Shown here: one piece after another, positions 1-8,519 of the stretch
Position numbering within the stretch: the first letter of the stretch is position 1
How the letters are laid out: each line of letters opens with the position of its first letter
From: a virus
Lineage: Duplodnaviria > Caudoviricetes
IMG/VR virus record: IMGVR_UViG_3300049629_000690
Location: 1-25,730 of that record
Direction: 5' to 3' (one strand)
DNA length: 25,730 nt
The notes under the pieces: generated by a model
Databases searched by the model: none
The model's input: only the letters and a program-made list of their open reading frames with translations
What the model was told of the DNA's origin: nothing
Made by a program: the position numbers and the translations under genes

Positions 1-3000
1 GTGTCGCCGCGAGACCCTCCAATGCTTGCTGGACAACCGGCGGCATCTCGCGGACGCGCCGTTGCACATATGGGGAGTTGAGTGCCTCACCCCACCCGAG
101 TTTGCCGGTCAGAAGTTTTGAGAGTCGCACCACATAAGACCCTGTAGGCATCTCGGCGATTGCCGCGCCGAGTTGGGTGCTTTGAATCAGCAGAGTCCCG
201 AGGCGACCGACAAGTGCCATTTGCGCCCCGCGCCCCGCCATGCCGGTGATCTGTTGGGAAAGGTCGAGTTGATTGCTGGCATCTCGGTTCCCGCCTTGGG
301 CGAAGAGGTCAAGCCAGAGGTTCAGAACCTTCTTTGCTTCGATGCCGCCTTTTTCTTCGATGGCACTTTGCACCTCGCGATTTCGCAGGATGCCGTTGAC
401 CTCGGACAGCATCGGCGCGTATGCCATCCAATGTTCCATCTGCTTGGTGTGTGCGATGAAGGTCTGTAGCGAATCGCGGAACTGCGGCTCGGCGGTTGCA
501 GTCCCACGGGTTCGCAAAGCACCTGGACTCACCGATGCCGCCGAGACGGCATTGCCGGTGACAGGATCGGTGACCATCCCCATTGGCGCGTTTTGTGGAG
601 CGACAATGAGAGGTGAGTAGTTCTTGATTTGAGGAAGATCGATTCCGTTGAGTTGCCGGTAGACCGCATTGATCCGCGAATATTCTTTTGCGTAGTTGTC
701 GAGAAGGAATTGGCGAACCTCTTTTGCCTCGGGCGACAACGCGCCTTCGATCTTGTCGATGAATGCTTGGGTGTATCCCCATGCCGAAATGCGATTGCCG
801 TTTTCATCAAAGCGTCCTTCCATGTGGCGGCGACCATCTTCCTGCATCCACATCATGGTCGCAGTCAGCCCTTCCAACTCGGAAAGTTTTAGACCATCGA
901 CCACCATGCTCATCTGCGACATATCCCATCGGAGGGATTCGCCATCGAGACGATTGCCACCGGCAAGGCGCGTGAACAGGTCTTCAATCGATTCGGTCTT
1001 TTGCTGGATCGCATCCTCCTTTTGGTTGTCTGCGCGGCGTTGCAAATCCGAAACTCGGTTGGCGACCGCCGAGTTGTTTCCAAACAGCAAGCCGGTGAAT
1101 TGATCCCATGACACAAGGTTGAAGAGTGCGTTGCGGAACTTTGCGCCGAGACCGGCGTCCGCCAGTTGCTTGTCTTTTCGCTTTGTCATGTCGCCGGTCT
1201 TGCCGGTCGATTGAATTGCCATGCGTTGCTCTGTTTCGCGTTGCTCACGCTTCGCGATTTCCCGCGCCCGATAATCTGCAAATCCTCGCGCCCATGTTTC
1301 GCGGAGTGCCGCCACGGCGGTTGCTCGGCGGTTGGAGTCTGCTCCATTGTCCACTTTCGCATAGCCGGTCTTGCCGGTTTTCGGGTCGGTGTAGCCTTGG
1401 TATTTGGGTTTCCAGTTTCCCACCAGAGTGACGAGTGCCGCCTCCTGCTTGAGTGCCGCTTCTTCCTCGGCGGTGAGGTCGCCGGTCGCGAGTTTGTCAT
1501 CGATTCCTGCGAGGTGTGCAGACACCTCCCTCGCAGAAAAGTCCCTCGCCTCTTTCAAGATCGCAAAGAGGTTCTGGATTTCCGCGCCGATGCCCTTTGG
1601 TTTTTCACCGGCCTTTGCCTTCTTTGGTTTGGCGCGTTCAAAGATGCGGTCGAGTTCCTGGTCGTACTCCTCGTTGAGGTAGCGTTCCAATTGGGCGTCC
1701 ACCATCTCGACTCGTTTTACGAAGAAGTCGGCGAGTGCCTTCTCACCGCCGCCAATCTTGGTGAGGGTGGCGAACCCGCCAACTTTCCCGATGACATCTT
1801 TGGGAAGCACTTTGAGCAACCCGTCGAGTTCGGCAATAGCTTGGGCGAGTTTCTCGTATTTCACCTTCTCCCTGTAGACCGCATTGGATGCGACACGGCG
1901 CGACTCGGAAACCTCGGAGACCTTGCGTTTCTCGGCGGCGACCTCCTGCTCTACTTGCTTCTTCCGCTCGGAGTATTTTTCGCGGATTCCCTTTTCGAGA
2001 ATTTTGGCGCGATCCTTTGCATCCCCTTGTAGTTGCTTCTTGTCGGTTGAATCAGAGGCATTGTCGATCCGTTCTGCGAACTGCACGGCATTGTCCTGCA
2101 AGGCGGATTGCACCTCGGCGTTTTCCTCGGTCTCGATATCGGCAAGGCGACCGGCGCGATCCTCCTCCAGTTTTTCGATTGCCGGTGCGGGGTCTGAAAC
2201 CGCCGCCGCCTTGATAGCATCGAGTGCCGCTTTGTTGTCCTGGATCAGTTGCAGGAACTTCAGCTTCGCCCTTTGGTAAACTGCAAGGCGACCCTCGGGG
2301 CCGCGATTGACCGCATCCACGGCGGATGCGACTCGGTCAATCTCCCCTTGTTCGCGGATGCTGTAGGAAGGATCATCGTTCAATCGGGATACAATCTCGC
2401 CCGATATAGATTGGTTTCCCTGCACTTGCCGTGCTTCCTTGGCGATGCGTTGTGCCTCGTCCTGCATAACGAAGCGACCTGTTGTAGTGATGAATCCGAA
2501 ATTTTTCGTTGGAGGAAATTCCCCGCCGTCCAAATCAAACCCACTTTCCTCCATAAGTTCCGCATGGGTCTTGCTCGGGGAACTTAAAATCTCGTTGTCC
2601 TTGTCTATAAGAGCAGTCGCGGCGATGCGCTCGGTTTCGCGGATGCTGTAGGAGACTTCCGCATCAGCAAGTCGAACCGGCGATCCATTTTTCTCGGTGA
2701 TCGTGATGAACTCGTCGGAAAACATAACAAAATTGCGAGTTCCAACTTGGTCTTGGTATTCGGCAACCATAGAGGCAAGGCGAGTGCCTTCGACATCCCA
2801 CCGAGACTCCCAATCTCGGTGTGTCTCGATTGCGCGAAGTGCTTCTTTTGCCGAATCGAAACCCAAATTGTCTACTTCCTGCAATGCTTCTATGAGTCCT
2901 TTAGTAAGCGGAGGCGTAATTGTGCGGGAAGTGTTGTCGAAGTATTTAATGCCAACAATGCCGTCTATTTTTAATGCCTCTGAAGCTAATTGCGGCGAAC

Positions 3001-6000
3001 CGGCGGCAACTTCCCTACGATACAAATTGTAAATCTCCGATCCGTAAAGCGTGTCCACCTTGACGCTTGACCCTTTGGTGTTTGCCAAAAGAATTGCTTG
3101 TACTTTTTTGCTTTGCCGCGCAAATGGCGCATCCCAATCCAGCAAGTCATCCTGTTCAACATTAAGGGTGACTCCATAAATCATTCCCTTTTTTATGTCG
3201 CCGTTCCACACAAGAACTCCCGAATCCAATGCCGCCAATAAATCTCTCCATGTTCGCATGGAAAGCGGAGACTCATCATCGGTGTTGAGTTCTAATTGGC
3301 GTTCTAAATAGTTGCGGAGGTCTTGTTCTGTTCTCCAGAAATTTCCGTAGTAATAATACTCATTCTCCAGAGTTTTAATTAAGGTATCGTCTGCTTGATT
3401 GGACTTCCATTTCCATTCCCAAGGTTCTGGCATTTTTGCCACTTCTTGGTCGCGATAGTGTGTTGCAATGCCAAGTCTGGTGGCAAAGTATAAGCCCCAC
3501 CCGTAAACTTGCGCCCCTTCCCCTGTTCCAATGAAATCTATATCAAATTTGTCAAAATCTTTTGCCGAGCCATGAAACGCCCGAATTGAAAACAACGCCT
3601 CCCCCGTGATAGTAGCATTGCTTGCCTCGATGATGTCTACCTTTCCGCCTTGCTCGGCGGGGCGAATGCTGTAGTTGATATTCCCTGTGGTCTGGTCAAA
3701 CCTCTGCAAAAGCGGAATCACATTGCCCTGCTTGTCGCGAGTTATGGGATCGGCGGATTTGATTTGGGTCGGGTCGTAAACAGCAAATGTGATGGAGTTG
3801 TTTTCCTTCATCACGATGGAATCGTAGCCCTGCTGGTTCACCCATTGAGCAAATTCGGTTGCCTCAAATGCGTCCCATCTACCTTCCAGTAATGCTTCCT
3901 TAAATAAGTCAGCAGGATAATCGGCATATTCATTTCCTGCGTCTGCATCTTTGCCGTCGCCAACTTCCAGCCGATGGATGTCATATGGTTCAGTAATTCC
4001 ACCTGTTTCCGAGTAAAAATCAGTTACTGCCATTGCGATGGATTCCTTGTCTCGAAAATCCAAAGGATTTTGCAGGCGCAAATACGCTTCAATTACTTTG
4101 CCGCCGTCCTTCGCGTATTCTTCTGCAAACTTTCGATCCTCTGCAAAGAATGCAACCAGACCTCCACGATAGGGAGCGTCCTCGTCGTCAAAAGTGTTGT
4201 TTCGCAATTCTTCTGACAGAGTGCCGTGGAAACCTTTAATTCCATACCCAGCCTCCTTCGCCGCCTCATCCACCATGCGTTGCGCCGTGTCCATGTCGCC
4301 GTTTTCGACTGCGGCGAGGTAGTCGGCATCCTTTTTGGTCTCCTTCACCGAGTAGGCTATGAGATCGTCCATCTTCCATCGTTCGTTGTCCTGCGACATC
4401 ATTTCCTTGGCAATGGATGGTTTCACCTCCGCAAGGGTGCGGAATTTCATCATTCTGGCGACCGGCTTGCCTTTGAGAATGAATCCGTAGGATTTATGTT
4501 CTGGCACTCCAAGTTGCTTTGCCGTCATCGCGGGGTCGGTTCCCTCTGGAAGTTTCTCAATCTTGATGATGCCGACAATGGTCTGTGCCGGTAGCCCCGC
4601 AAACGAGGGTTCCTCGACATCTTTCACCATATTCACGGCATCGGGAAATCCTGCTTTGGTGTTGGTTTTTGTAAGCAACTCCTGGTAGTTCGTTTGATTC
4701 TTATCCTTGTCAAATGTCTTTTTGAAATAGGCACTTCCTCTTTTGCCTTGAGGCATACCGACAATTGCTTTTTCAGCTTCAGCAAGTGATTTCCAAGGGG
4801 TGGAATGTCCTGTGAATTTCTTGTCCGTTTTTACCCATGCTGGATTCCCTTTTCTGGTAAAAAGCAAATTCCCCTCTGCATCGGTGGCTTGAATCTTTTC
4901 TTTTTCAAAAACAGGAGACCCGTCTTTGTTGAATTTCAGTTTCCCGTTTTTGTCTTTCTTCTGAATATCTGTAGACCTCGTAGCGTCCACCTTTTTGGTC
5001 ACATACTTCTCACGCACTCGATTAAGTTCGGCGAGTGCTTTGGCGTTTGTGAGTTTCCCTGCGGCGATGTTCCTACGCAACTGCTCAAACCACATCATGG
5101 CAAATGACTTGTTACCAATAACATTCCCCTCTGCCATAATAGTCAAAGCAAGATACCCGCCACTATCCATTGCTCGGGCATACAATCCCCGAGCAGTTCC
5201 CTTGGAATTGAATGCCCATCCCACACCGGCCTTGAGATTCTCCACGATGGACGGGAACCCCATCCCTCCCTGCAACGGAATCCCGAGGTAGTCTCCTCCC
5301 GCCTTCATGCGGTCGATGAAAACGGAACGGATGATGCCGCCCGATTCCTTTTTGATCTTGGCAAAGAGTTTGGCATCCATCGGGACAAACGAGGTTGGCA
5401 AGACTCGGACGCTATAGTTCCAATCATCTGACCAAGGGATTTCCTTCCACTCCTTGCCGGTCTGCTTGTCGGGATCGATCTCGTCAATTTTGACATCTGG
5501 AGCAGGGTCTCCCGATTCGGTTGCAGGATCGGATGCTCGTTCATCGGGATCGCCCGAGGTGTCCCGCACCGAAAGATTCGGATCAATAGATGCGGCGGTC
5601 TGGTCGCTTATGCGGTCAAGTCGAACTTGTGGATCGATGCCGAGGGACTGCTCAAGGGCGGTCTGGAAGTCGGCGTCAATTGCGCCGGTCTTGAATGCCT
5701 CGTCCATCTTGAGGAATCGGGCAAGTGCCTCCTTGAAGACCTGGGCAATGCGCTTGATGTAGTCAACGAAGGATTGCGGCATCGAGGTCTCATCGATGCG
5801 ACCCATGACAAAGTCCTCGGTCACCTGTGCGAGGGATTCGATCACCTCCATCTCGGTGGCGCGTTTAAGTTCGCGACCCGTTGCCGCCTCGGTCTGCTCA
5901 AGCCACTTCTGGTAAGTGTCAAGCGTGTAGGTTCCGTTGGCGAGGGCGACCTTGAAGAACCCGTGGTTGATCTCTTCCAGAGCATCGCGGGGAGAGGCAT

Positions 6001-8518
6001 TCTCCTTCAGTTTGATGACCGCCCGATACACCCCGTCCCGCACCTGTTCGATGGTGGTCTCGCCGAGAATGTAGAGTTTGTTCGGGTCTTTGCCTTGGAG
6101 GTCTCCAAATTTGAGACGCGCCATGAGGTTGTCTATCCCCTTCTGGTCGCCGATGCCTTCCATTTCCACCATTCGTTGCGCCACCGAAACCGGCTTTTCA
6201 TCGGTAGAGATGTCGGGATTTTCCAAGACCTTCGACGCCCAATTGAGCAGTTCGGCGGTGGTGGATTTCTCATTGGTGAGGTTGGCAGAGGTGTTCTGTG
6301 AGATGACCTCCATTGCCGCATCGATATCGCCAAACCTTCCCACTTCTTCACCCTTGTAATCGGTGACAATCCATTCCGCCGTGCCGTCCTCTTTGCGCTC
6401 GACGGCAAGGTTGTGGTCGGTGTCGGTCTGCTTGATCTGCTGGAGTTGTTGGTTGAGGTATTCCAACCCCCTCGCCTTGTCCTCCTCGGTGCGGGACTGC
6501 CATGCCTCTTGGATGCGTTCATCCATCTCGGCTCGGGTTTCCGAGGCGAGGATAGTGTTGATTTTTTCCTCGGAGATTCCTGCTCCCCGCAAGCGTTCGC
6601 GGGTGACCTCGGTGTTTACATTCTTGAGGTCGCCGGTCGAGGCAAACCCGCCGCCGATGAGGGCGAGAGGAAGAACGGCAAAGAAGACCTCGGGTCGGGT
6701 CTCCCACCAGTTCCCGAGTTCCTTCATAAAATCTTTGTCGGGCATATCCTCGCGAAGCGAGGCGACGATGGTTTCGACCACCGGCGCGATCATGTCTTGC
6801 GCCCCTTCTTGAGCGAACTGCTCGACCTGGATCACTCCAACCCGCTTGAGGTAGTTGGCGACCCCGCCTTTCTGCATCCCTTTAAGAACCCTGCCAAAGA
6901 CCTTTGATTTGCCAGCAAGTGACGCAAGTTGGAATCGGTCGATCACCGCATTCATTCCGCCTTCGACGAGGGCGAGGGTCGATGCCGCCCCCAAATCCAT
7001 GTCCTCGTTTTCAAGGAGAATTCGGTCGAGTTCATTTTGTTGGTATGCCAACACACCGAAAAACGGATTCACGGCGACCGCCCCCATGAGAGGAATGCTA
7101 CCGGCAAGCCCATATGCGCCACGCTCAACCGCCCCGAGGAGACCGCCCTGTGCAAGTGGTTTGATCGGGTCAACGCCGGTCTTGGCAAGGTTCCGTAGTT
7201 TGCGAACCATCTTCATCGACTTCATGCCTTCCTCGGCATTCTGGCGGATTAGGTCTTTTTCTTCGCCGGTTGCCTTCCTCCAATTGTCTTGGAGAGGTTG
7301 CTCGTAGCCGGTCTCGTCGGGTTTCCCAAACGATGCCATCTGAAGGTATTTCGGGAGTTCCTGTGCGGTGCGAGGATTCTGGTACACACCGGCGGGAAGA
7401 GATTCTGATTCCACGGGAACCCACACATCATCCTTCTCGACTGCTTTGAGTCGGCTTGCCGCCTCCGCTTGCCCCGAGAAAATGTCATTGGCAGGAATCC
7501 AATCAAACCCACGGGAGAGGGATTCCCCGAGGTTCTTTGCCAGTTGCGCCCATGCACCTCGGTCGATCTGTTCCGCCTCGGCGGCGAGGGACACATATTG
7601 CGAGACCTTGGTGAATTGCTCGGGTGTGAGATCGCGGAGGTTGCGCCCGAGTTCATCCAACTGCTCCTGGGTTGCGTTGCCTTGGGTGAATGCGACAAGG
7701 GTCTTGTAGGTCGGCGCGGCGTATTGCCGCACATCCTTGAGGTCATCGATGGTGTTGCGATACATCTCACCGGCATTCCGAGCCAATAGCCATTGCCGGT
7801 CGGGAGTGGCGAGTTCGGGGTACTTTGCCATCCACTCGGAAAGTGTCCGCCCTTGGTCGCGAACCATCGGGAATTCTTGCCCGTAGTTGGTCGCATTGAG
7901 GGCATCCATGACCGCCATCATGTTGAGGTCATCGAGTGCCTTCTCGGTCACTTGCCGGTTGTTAAAGTGATCCGCCAGCATTTGCCGGTATTCGCCCTCG
8001 GTCTTGGGCGCGTTCTTGCCGAGCTTCGCGGCAACGAGTTTTTTGTAGAGGGTGTAGTCGGAATCCTTCAGTTGCTCCACCGGCGTATCCAGCATGAAGG
8101 CGGTCGCCCTCCAGTTGGTCGCCATGTCCTTGAAGGCTTGCGGGTCGTAGGATTCCGAGGCGAGGTCAACCACATCCGGCGCGACTCCTCCGAGGTTGTC
8201 GCGATCCGAAAGCATTGCCGTGATGTCCTTCGCCTCTTGCCGGTAGCTTTTGGCGGAACTCCATTGGTCTCCGAAAGGGTTGTTGTTGCCGGTAACCTGC
8301 TCATCGAAATCCATCGCCCTGCGACCGGCAAAGACTTCGTTGAGAGGTCGGTCTTCTGGCATTACTGGATCGGGAGTTGGCGCGGGGAGTGGTGTAGGAA
8401 CCGGCGGCGGCAAGGCACTCGGCATTGCATTCGCATAGGTGTCCTCTTCCATTGTGCTTTGCGGGGTTGCGGTTGGCATTGGGTCGGGAAGGATGTCGGT
8501 GCGGAATGGGTCTGCCAT
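1..8518 (-). CDS. Giant internal virion/ejection protein of the large polyvalent protein type; 3' end truncated by the window edge (>=2,839 codons)
   Basis: ATG at 8516-8518, 1 nt after the stop of the upstream gene (MADPFRTDILPDPMPTATP...). The ORF track lists no minus ORF in this frame, as expected if there is no stop before position 1. Manual translation at many points (e.g. 5942-6076, 5102-5599, 4202-4381, 3482-3841, 2342-2761, 2-88) stays open and protein-like. Occupies the T7 gp16-like position. Confidence 0.93.
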   Translation of the reverse strand, partial: MADPFRTDILPDPMPTATPQSTMEEDTYANAMPSALPPPVPTPLPAPTPDPVMPEDRPLNEVFAGRRAMDFDEQVTGNNNPFGDQWSSAKSYRQEAKDITAMLSDRDNLGGVAPDVVDLASESYDPQAFKDMATNWRATAFMLDTPVEQLKDSDYTLYKKLVAAKLGKNAPKTEGEYRQMLADHFNNRQVTEKALDDLNMMAVMDALNATNYGQEFPMVRDQGRTLSEWMAKYPELATPDRQWLLARNAGEMYRNTIDDLKDVRQYAAPTYKTLVAFTQGNATQEQLDELGRNLRDLTPEQFTKVSQYVSLAAEAEQIDRGAWAQLAKNLGESLSRGFDWIPANDIFSGQAEAASRLKAVEKDDVWVPVESESLPAGVYQNPRTAQELPKYLQMASFGKPDETGYEQPLQDNWRKATGEEKDLIRQNAEEGMKSMKMVRKLRNLAKTGVDPIKPLAQGGLLGAVERGAYGLAGSIPLMGAVAVNPFFGVLAYQQNELDRILLENEDMDLGAASTLALVEGGMNAVIDRFQLASLAGKSKVFGRVLKGMQKGGVANYLKRVGVIQVEQFAQEGAQDMIAPVVETIVASLREDMPDKDFMKELGNWWETRPEVFFAVLPLALIGGGFASTGDLKNVNTEVTRERLRGAGISEEKINTILASETRAEMDERIQEAWQSRTEEDKARGLEYLNQQLQQIKQTDTDHNLAVERKEDGTAEWIVTDYKGEEVGRFGDIDAAMEVISQNTSANLTNEKSTTAELLNWASKVLENPDISTDEKPVSVAQRMVEMEGIGDQKGIDNLMARLKFGDLQGKDPNKLYILGETTIEQVRDGVYRAVIKLKENASPRDALEEINHGFFKVALANGTYTLDTYQKWLEQTEAATGRELKRATEMEVIESLAQVTEDFVMGRIDETSMPQSFVDYIKRIAQVFKEALARFLKMDEAFKTGAIDADFQTALEQSLGIDPQVRLDRISDQTAASIDPNLSVRDTSGDPDERASDPATESGDPAPDVKIDEIDPDKQTGKEWKEIPWSDDWNYSVRVLPTSFVPMDAKLFAKIKKESGGIIRSVFIDRMKAGGDYLGIPLQGGMGFPSIVENLKAGVGWAFNSKGTARGLYARAMDSGGYLALTIMAEGNVIGNKSFAMMWFEQLRRNIAAGKLTNAKALAELNRVREKYVTKKVDATRSTDIQKKDKNGKLKFNKDGSPVFEKEKIQATDAEGNLLFTRKGNPAWVKTDKKFTGHSTPWKSLAEAEKAIVGMPQGKRGSAYFKKTFDKDKNQTNYQELLTKTNTKAGFPDAVNMVKDVEEPSFAGLPAQTIVGIIKIEKLPEGTDPAMTAKQLGVPEHKSYGFILKGKPVARMMKFRTLAEVKPSIAKEMMSQDNERWKMDDLIAYSVKETKKDADYLAAVENGDMDTAQRMVDEAAKEAGYGIKGFHGTLSEELRNNTFDDEDAPYRGGLVAFFAEDRKFAEEYAKDGGKVIEAYLRLQNPLDFRDKESIAMAVTDFYSETGGITEPYDIHRLEVGDGKDADAGNEYADYPADLFKEALLEGRWDAFEATEFAQWVNQQGYDSIVMKENNSITFAVYDPTQIKSADPITRDKQGNVIPLLQRFDQTTGNINYSIRPAEQGGKVDIIEASNATITGEALFSIRAFHGSAKDFDKFDIDFIGTGEGAQVYGWGLYFATRLGIATHYRDQEVAKMPEPWEWKWKSNQADDTLIKTLENEYYYYGNFWRTEQDLRNYLERQLELNTDDESPLSMRTWRDLLAALDSGVLVWNGDIKKGMIYGVTLNVEQDDLLDWDAPFARQSKKVQAILLANTKGSSVKVDTLYGSEIYNLYRREVAAGSPQLASEALKIDGIVGIKYFDNTSRTITPPLTKGLIEALQEVDNLGFDSAKEALRAIETHRDWESRWDVEGTRLASMVAEYQDQVGTRNFVMFSDEFITITEKNGSPVRLADAEVSYSIRETERIAATALIDKDNEILSSPSKTHAELMEESGFDLDGGEFPPTKNFGFITTTGRFVMQDEAQRIAKEARQVQGNQSISGEIVSRLNDDPSYSIREQGEIDRVASAVDAVNRGPEGRLAVYQRAKLKFLQLIQDNKAALDAIKAAAVSDPAPAIEKLEEDRAGRLADIETEENAEVQSALQDNAVQFAERIDNASDSTDKKQLQGDAKDRAKILEKGIREKYSERKKQVEQEVAAEKRKVSEVSESRRVASNAVYREKVKYEKLAQAIAELDGLLKVLPKDVIGKVGGFATLTKIGGGEKALADFFVKRVEMVDAQLERYLNEEYDQELDRIFERAKPKKAKAGEKPKGIGAEIQNLFAILKEARDFSAREVSAHLAGIDDKLATGDLTAEEEAALKQEAALVTLVGNWKPKYQGYTDPKTGKTGYAKVDNGADSNRRATAVAALRETWARGFADYRAREIAKREQRETEQRMAIQSTGKTGDMTKRKDKQLADAGLGAKFRNALFNLVSWDQFTGLLFGNNSAVANRVSDLQRRADNQKEDAIQQKTESIEDLFTRLAGGNRLDGESLRWDMSQMSMVVDGLKLSELEGLTATMMWMQEDGRRHMEGRFDENGNRISAWGYTQAFIDKIEGALSPEAKEVRQFLLDNYAKEYSRINAVYRQLNGIDLPQIKNYSPLIVAPQNAPMGMVTDPVTGNAVSAASVSPGALRTRGTATAEPQFRDSLQTFIAHTKQMEHWMAYAPMLSEVNGILRNREVQSAIEEKGGIEAKKVLNLWLDLFAQGGNRDASNQLDLSQQITGMAGRGAQMALVGRLGTLLIQSTQLGAAIAEMPTGSYVVRLSKLLTGKLGWGEALNSPYVQRRVREMPPVVQQALEGLAAT
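1513..1526 (+). repeat. GGTGTGCnnACACC palindrome copy (GGTGTGCAGACACC)
   Basis: Seen in sequence; arms extend to GAGGTGT...ACACCTC; inside the giant CDS. Confidence 0.75.
2351..2653. repeat. Exact 18-bp direct repeat TTCGCGGATGCTGTAGGA at 2351-2368 and 2636-2653
   Basis: Read directly from the sequence. The copies are 285 bp apart (in frame) and both encode SYSIRE on the minus strand. Confidence 0.95.
2369..2635 (-). other. Small unassigned domain cassette within the giant protein
   Basis: IAATALIDKDNEILSSPSKTHAELM...FGFITTTGRFVMQDEAQRIAKEARQV, bounded on both sides by SYSIRE and an exact 18-bp repeat. Confidence 0.7.
2690..3580 (-). other. ADP-ribosyltransferase-like domain 2 (GTGEGAQ type) within the giant protein
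   Basis: AFHGSAKDFDKFDIDFIGTGEGAQVYGWGLYFA ... ASEALKIDGIVGIKY ... GTRNFVMFSDE; fits the HG[ST]/GxGxYF pattern of H-Y-type ART folds. Confidence 0.7.
3680..4335 (-). other. ADP-ribosyltransferase-like domain 1 (ART-PolyVal-like) within the giant protein
   Basis: YLAAVENGDMDTAQRMVDEAAKEAGY-GIKGFHGT ... AFFAEDRKFAEEYA ... AYLRLQNPL ... GYDSIV ... VYDPTQIKSADPITRDKQGNVIPLLQRF, matching the recalled ART-PolyVal motif series. Confidence 0.8.
5700..6076 (-). other. Zincin-like (MPTase-like) domain with degenerate HExxH within the giant protein
   Basis: Strand-helix context RAVIKLKENASPRDALEEINHGFF (EEINH at 5963-5977), followed by EVIESLAQVTEDFVMG. Confidence 0.5.
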
Positions 8519-8519
8519 G

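Noticed and set aside
309-8331. Short minus-strand ORFs suggesting a fragmented or pseudogenised region
   Set aside because: All are in the two alternative frames. The real frame from ATG 8518 appears open to the window edge and was omitted only because it has no stop codon here.
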